Source of the DNA: Candidatus Aminicenantales bacterium
Lineage (GTDB): Bacteria; Acidobacteriota; Aminicenantia; Aminicenantales; UBA4085
Length of the DNA stretch: 64,000 nt
Direction: 5' to 3'
NCBI GenBank assembly: GCA_049697115.1
Contig: JBAVVD010000060.1
Span: 3,301 to 67,300 of the forward strand
This document shows positions 60,775 through 64,000 of the stretch, piece after piece. Both the position numbers and the translations under genes were made by a program. Within the stretch, counting starts at the first letter, position 1, and the number at the start of each line of letters is the position of its first letter. The notes below the pieces were generated by a model, which did no database searches, was not told the DNA's origin, and saw only the letters and a program-made list of their open reading frames with translations.

Positions 60775-61688
60775 ATGGCGGAGAACATATTCCAGTCCTG
60801 CTCGAAGAAACCCTCGAATATCTAAATATCCATCGAAAAGGAATTTATATCGACTGCACTCTCGGTCTGGGAGGCCATGCCTCAGAAATCCTTCAAAGAA
60901 ATCCGAACGCCTCCCTCATCGGCTTTGACCTGGACGAACGGTCGCTTCTCAAAGCGAAAGAAAATCTCAGTCCCTTTGCGCAACGCGTGACGCTGTATCA
61001 TTCCGATTTTAGATATCTCCCCGACCTCAACCTCAATTTTTCTAAAGTCCGGGGAATTCTGATCGACCTCGGGATGTCATCCTTCCAGCTCAACTCTCCG
61101 GAAAGAGGTTTCAGCCATACACTGGAAGGGCCCCTGGACATGCGGATGGACCTGCGGAACAAAACCACCGCTTTTAAAATCCTTCATAAATATTCCGAAC
61201 CAAAGCTGGCACAAATCTTCCGGGATTTTGGAGAACTCAAGCCGGCCAAAAAGCTCGCCAAGGTCATCGCCTCTCGAAGGAGAATCAAAGAAATTGAAAC
61301 AACCACCGAGCTCCGCCAGCTGGTGGAGGATATCTTTTCCTGGAGGCCTCAAAAAGGGAAGATCCATCCCGCCGCAAAAGTGTTTCAAGCCCTCCGCATT
61401 GAGGTGAACCAGGAATTAAAAGACCTTGACGCATTTCTTGAGCGAGTGGCCTACCGTGTCCCGCCCCAGACCCGAATTGTTGTCATATCCTTTCATTCTC
61501 TGGAAGACCGAATCATCAAACACACATTTTTAAGCCTCTCCATGTCCCCGAACAACCATAATATCCTGCGCATCTTAACCAAAAAGCCTGTGACACCGGG
61601 TCCCGAAGAGATTGACCGCAACCCGAGAGCCCGCTCGGCCAAGATGCGAGCGGCGGAGAGAATTCCAAATGGTACGAAAAAAGTATAG
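60771..61688 (+). CDS. rsmH: 16S rRNA (cytosine1402-N4)-methyltransferase
   Basis: HIPVLLEETLEYL...YIDCTLGLGGHA...GMSSFQL motifs. Confidence 0.92.
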   Translation: MNGGEHIPVLLEETLEYLNIHRKGIYIDCTLGLGGHASEILQRNPNASLIGFDLDERSLLKAKENLSPFAQRVTLYHSDFRYLPDLNLNFSKVRGILIDLGMSSFQLNSPERGFSHTLEGPLDMRMDLRNKTTAFKILHKYSEPKLAQIFRDFGELKPAKKLAKVIASRRRIKEIETTTELRQLVEDIFSWRPQKGKIHPAAKVFQALRIEVNQELKDLDAFLERVAYRVPPQTRIVVISFHSLEDRIIKHTFLSLSMSPNNHNILRILTKKPVTPGPEEIDRNPRARSAKMRAAERIPNGTKKV

Positions 61689-61968
61689 TCCAAAAGAAAT
61701 CGCCGGGGCCGCTTTTTGTCTCCTGGCGGCCATTCTTATTCTCACTCTTTACATCTGGCATCTCACCGAGAATATTCGCCTTGGATACGAAATTAAAAAA
61801 CTCGAAGGCCAAGTCTCCTCCCTTCGCGAAGACGTGAATCAATTGGAGGTCCGGAAGACTACGCTCCTCGCACTCGATCGCGTGGAGAGAATTGCCAGGG
61901 AAGAACTCAAAATGGCGGATCCCAAAGACGGCCAGATTATTTATGAGGATTTCCAGCCAGAGCCTTAG
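61669..61968 (+). CDS. ftsL: Cell division protein FtsL
   Basis: Short bitopic protein MVRKKYSPKEIAGAAFCLLAAILILTLYIW plus a coiled-coil, sitting between rsmH and ftsI. Confidence 0.7.
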   Translation: MVRKKYSPKEIAGAAFCLLAAILILTLYIWHLTENIRLGYEIKKLEGQVSSLREDVNQLEVRKTTLLALDRVERIAREELKMADPKDGQIIYEDFQPEP

Positions 61969-61980
61969 GTCATAAACCTG

Positions 61981-63744
61981 ATGAATCATCACTTTCAGAA
62001 TAAAGCCCGGAAAAGGACCCTCATCCTGACTCTTTTCCTCAGTCTGTGGTTCTGCGGAATCGTCCTGCGTCTCATTCATCTTCAAGTCTTCAGCTATTCA
62101 CGCCTCCGCGCTGAAGTCCTCGAACAAAACCAGAACAACAGGGCCATTCTCCCCCGCAGAGGAACGATTTTTGACCGGCACGGTAAAATTCTGGCCAGAA
62201 GTATTCCGGCCCAATCGGTCTTCTATATTCCCTTTAAAAAAGAGCCGGTGGAATCCCAGATGCAAACCATCCTCCAGCTCAAAGAGATCCTCGATCTTTC
62301 AGAAAAAGACTTGGAAAGAATTAAAAGTCGACTGGAGAAAAGGGACCATTTTATCTGGATCAAGAGAAAAGTGGATCCGGACAAGTGGACAACCGTAAAG
62401 AGCCTGGGCCTGAGCGGAATTTTCGCCCAGGAGGAAAATAAAAGATTTTATCCCATGGGAACACTGGCGGCGCACATCCTGGGCGGCGTCAATATCGATG
62501 ATCAAGGCACGAGCGGAGTGGAATTCAAGTACAATCCCATCCTCCAGGGGAAAAAAGGCCAGGCCATCATTTTGAGAGATGCCAAAAAAAGAACATACAA
62601 TCTGGAAGTCATTAAAGAAGCGGAACGGGGAAAAGACATCATACTCACCATCGATGAGACAATCCAGTACATCGCCCAGAAGGAACTGGAAAAGGCCGTG
62701 CTCGAGAATAACGCCTCATGGGGAACGGTCATTATTTCCCATCCTCCCTCTGGAAATATCCTGGCCATGGCCAGTTTTCCGACTTATGACCCGAATGAAT
62801 ATCCCCCACCCGCTCCAGAATTAGAAATCAACCGCGGCATCCGCCACAATTTTGAACCGGGCTCGACTTTTAAAATGATCACAGCCTCGGCCGCCCTGGA
62901 AAATCACTCTATCGGCCTCAGCGATACTTTCGACTGCCGGGAGGGTGTGATTCGTGTGGCCGGAAGGCCGATTCGAGACCATAATAAATTTAAAATTCTC
63001 TCATTCCCTGAAGTTTTTATCCATTCCTCGAATATAGGGACTATTCAAGTCGGCCAGAAGATTGGGGAGAATTCTCTTTATGAGACGATTCTGACTTTTG
63101 GGTTTGCCCGAAAGACCGGGGTCGGCCTTCCGGGCGAAGAATCCGGAATTCTTCTCCCCTTGAAAAGCTGGAGCCGGCGCTCTCTGGCATCTGTGTCTAT
63201 TGGCTACGAAATCTCTGTGACCGCCATTCAGATTCTTCAGGCAATGAATGTCATTGCCAACAGGGGAATACTTGTGCCTCCCAAAATCGTCAAAAGAGTC
63301 CTGGGCTCGTCCCAAAGGCTCGACGAAGGCGCTGGAGATAAAAAGAGAATTCTCTCTGAGAGAACCGCTTCGGAGCTTGTTTCGATCCTCGAGCGGGTGG
63401 TTCTGGAAGGAACCGGCCAGACCGCTCAAGTCAACGGCTATACCATCGCTGGAAAAACAGGGACGACTCAAAAATATGATCCTGAAATCGGTACGTATTC
63501 TTCCTTAAAACACCTGGCCTCCTTTGTCGGTTTTACTCCCGTGGACAAGCCCGCGCTGTCCATCATCATCGTTCTGGACGAGCCTAAAAAGTCGGCCTAT
63601 TACGGCGGCCAGGTCGCCGCTCCTGTCTTCCGAAATATCTCTTCAAAAGTCCTCCGCTATTTGCATATTTATCCGCAAAAAAAACAGCTTCCCGGCCTCA
63701 TCACAGCAAAAATATGGAGAGAGAACGATCATGAAGCTCAATAA
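61981..63744 (+). CDS. ftsI: Peptidoglycan D,D-transpeptidase FtsI (PBP3-like class B PBP)
   Basis: N-terminal TM, dimerisation domain, and transpeptidase motifs STFK (EPGSTFKMITA), SSN (HSSNIG) and KTGT (AGKTGTT). Confidence 0.92.
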   Translation: MNHHFQNKARKRTLILTLFLSLWFCGIVLRLIHLQVFSYSRLRAEVLEQNQNNRAILPRRGTIFDRHGKILARSIPAQSVFYIPFKKEPVESQMQTILQLKEILDLSEKDLERIKSRLEKRDHFIWIKRKVDPDKWTTVKSLGLSGIFAQEENKRFYPMGTLAAHILGGVNIDDQGTSGVEFKYNPILQGKKGQAIILRDAKKRTYNLEVIKEAERGKDIILTIDETIQYIAQKELEKAVLENNASWGTVIISHPPSGNILAMASFPTYDPNEYPPPAPELEINRGIRHNFEPGSTFKMITASAALENHSIGLSDTFDCREGVIRVAGRPIRDHNKFKILSFPEVFIHSSNIGTIQVGQKIGENSLYETILTFGFARKTGVGLPGEESGILLPLKSWSRRSLASVSIGYEISVTAIQILQAMNVIANRGILVPPKIVKRVLGSSQRLDEGAGDKKRILSERTASELVSILERVVLEGTGQTAQVNGYTIAGKTGTTQKYDPEIGTYSSLKHLASFVGFTPVDKPALSIIIVLDEPKKSAYYGGQVAAPVFRNISSKVLRYLHIYPQKKQLPGLITAKIWRENDHEAQ

Positions 63745-64000
63745 ACTGCTGAACGGCGTTCCTGTCCTCCATGTTTCAGGCAACCGCCAGGTTGAAATCC
63801 GGGGAATTGCCTGTTCCTCCAAAAAACTCATGCCTCGATACTTGTTTGCGGCTTTGAAAGGATTAGAAAAAGACGGTTTTGATTATGTCAAGGAAGCTCT
63901 CACTAAAGGCGCCGCCGCCATTCTTTCCGAACGGCCGAAACTCCCTGAAATAAAAAAATCCTGGATCCAGGTCTATGATTCCCGCGAAGCCCTGGCTCTC
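63731..64000 (+). CDS. murE: UDP-N-acetylmuramoyl-L-alanyl-D-glutamate--2,6-diaminopimelate ligase, N-terminal part (continues beyond window)
   Basis: MKLNKLLNGVPVLHVSGNRQVEIRGIACSSKKLMPRYLFAALKG... is a typical MurE N-terminus. Position in dcw order after ftsI. Confidence 0.85.
   Translation, partial: MKLNKLLNGVPVLHVSGNRQVEIRGIACSSKKLMPRYLFAALKGLEKDGFDYVKEALTKGAAAILSERPKLPEIKKSWIQVYDSREALAL

Overview
This 64-kb window is mostly housekeeping chromosome from a Gram-negative-type bacterium with roughly 55% GC by eye. Marker genes for that call are lpxC, a TonB-dependent receptor, an Mla/MCE lipid transporter, the gyrB-gyrA pair and the start of the dcw cluster (mraZ-rsmH-ftsL-ftsI-murE). Some features are reminiscent of Acidobacteria or another deep-branching lineage, but I cannot assign a taxon.

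Supported content: about 60 protein genes, two intact tRNAs (tRNA-Leu UAA and a CAT-anticodon tRNA), a 5' fragment of the tRNA-Leu that still has its promoter, and several near-consensus TTGACn-17-TAtAAt promoters. Notable genes include pheA-tyrA, a glucose MFS/ROK pair, glycerate kinase plus pyk, glmU-glmS, the dnaG-rpoD operon, three tandem secreted amidohydrolase paralogues, an archaeal-type FBP aldolase/phosphatase, an inositol-phosphate synthase next to a CDP-alcohol phosphatidyltransferase, and a DRG-like GTPase.

The clearest non-housekeeping stretch is about 7.4-14.4 kb. It holds (i) a compact UvrD-like SF1 helicase co-oriented with a membrane bPH_2 protein, (ii) a ~194-bp palindromic intergenic element, and (iii) a 2.6-kb islet carrying hicB, an amber-interrupted hicA and a membrane MutS-like ATPase, bounded by the tRNA-Leu and its 5' fragment.

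The most unusual signals are non-coding. First, the ~194-bp element occurs twice (9360-9553 and 56377-56569); its asymmetric arms are conserved in the same orientation but its ~86-bp core, flanked by 16-bp inverted repeats, is inverted between the copies. Second, a ~89-bp structured repeat occurs twice in opposite orientation (29828-29916 and 47623-47711). Third, a YYFYFYF-ending leader ORF with a stop-embedded GC hairpin sits on an apparently leaderless transcript upstream of pheA-tyrA, consistent with a Phe/Tyr attenuator. Fourth, three 10-bp-phased (T/C)GGGA boxes lie between the mraZ promoter and its start.

No CRISPR array, integrase, transposase, rRNA or obvious riboswitch was seen.
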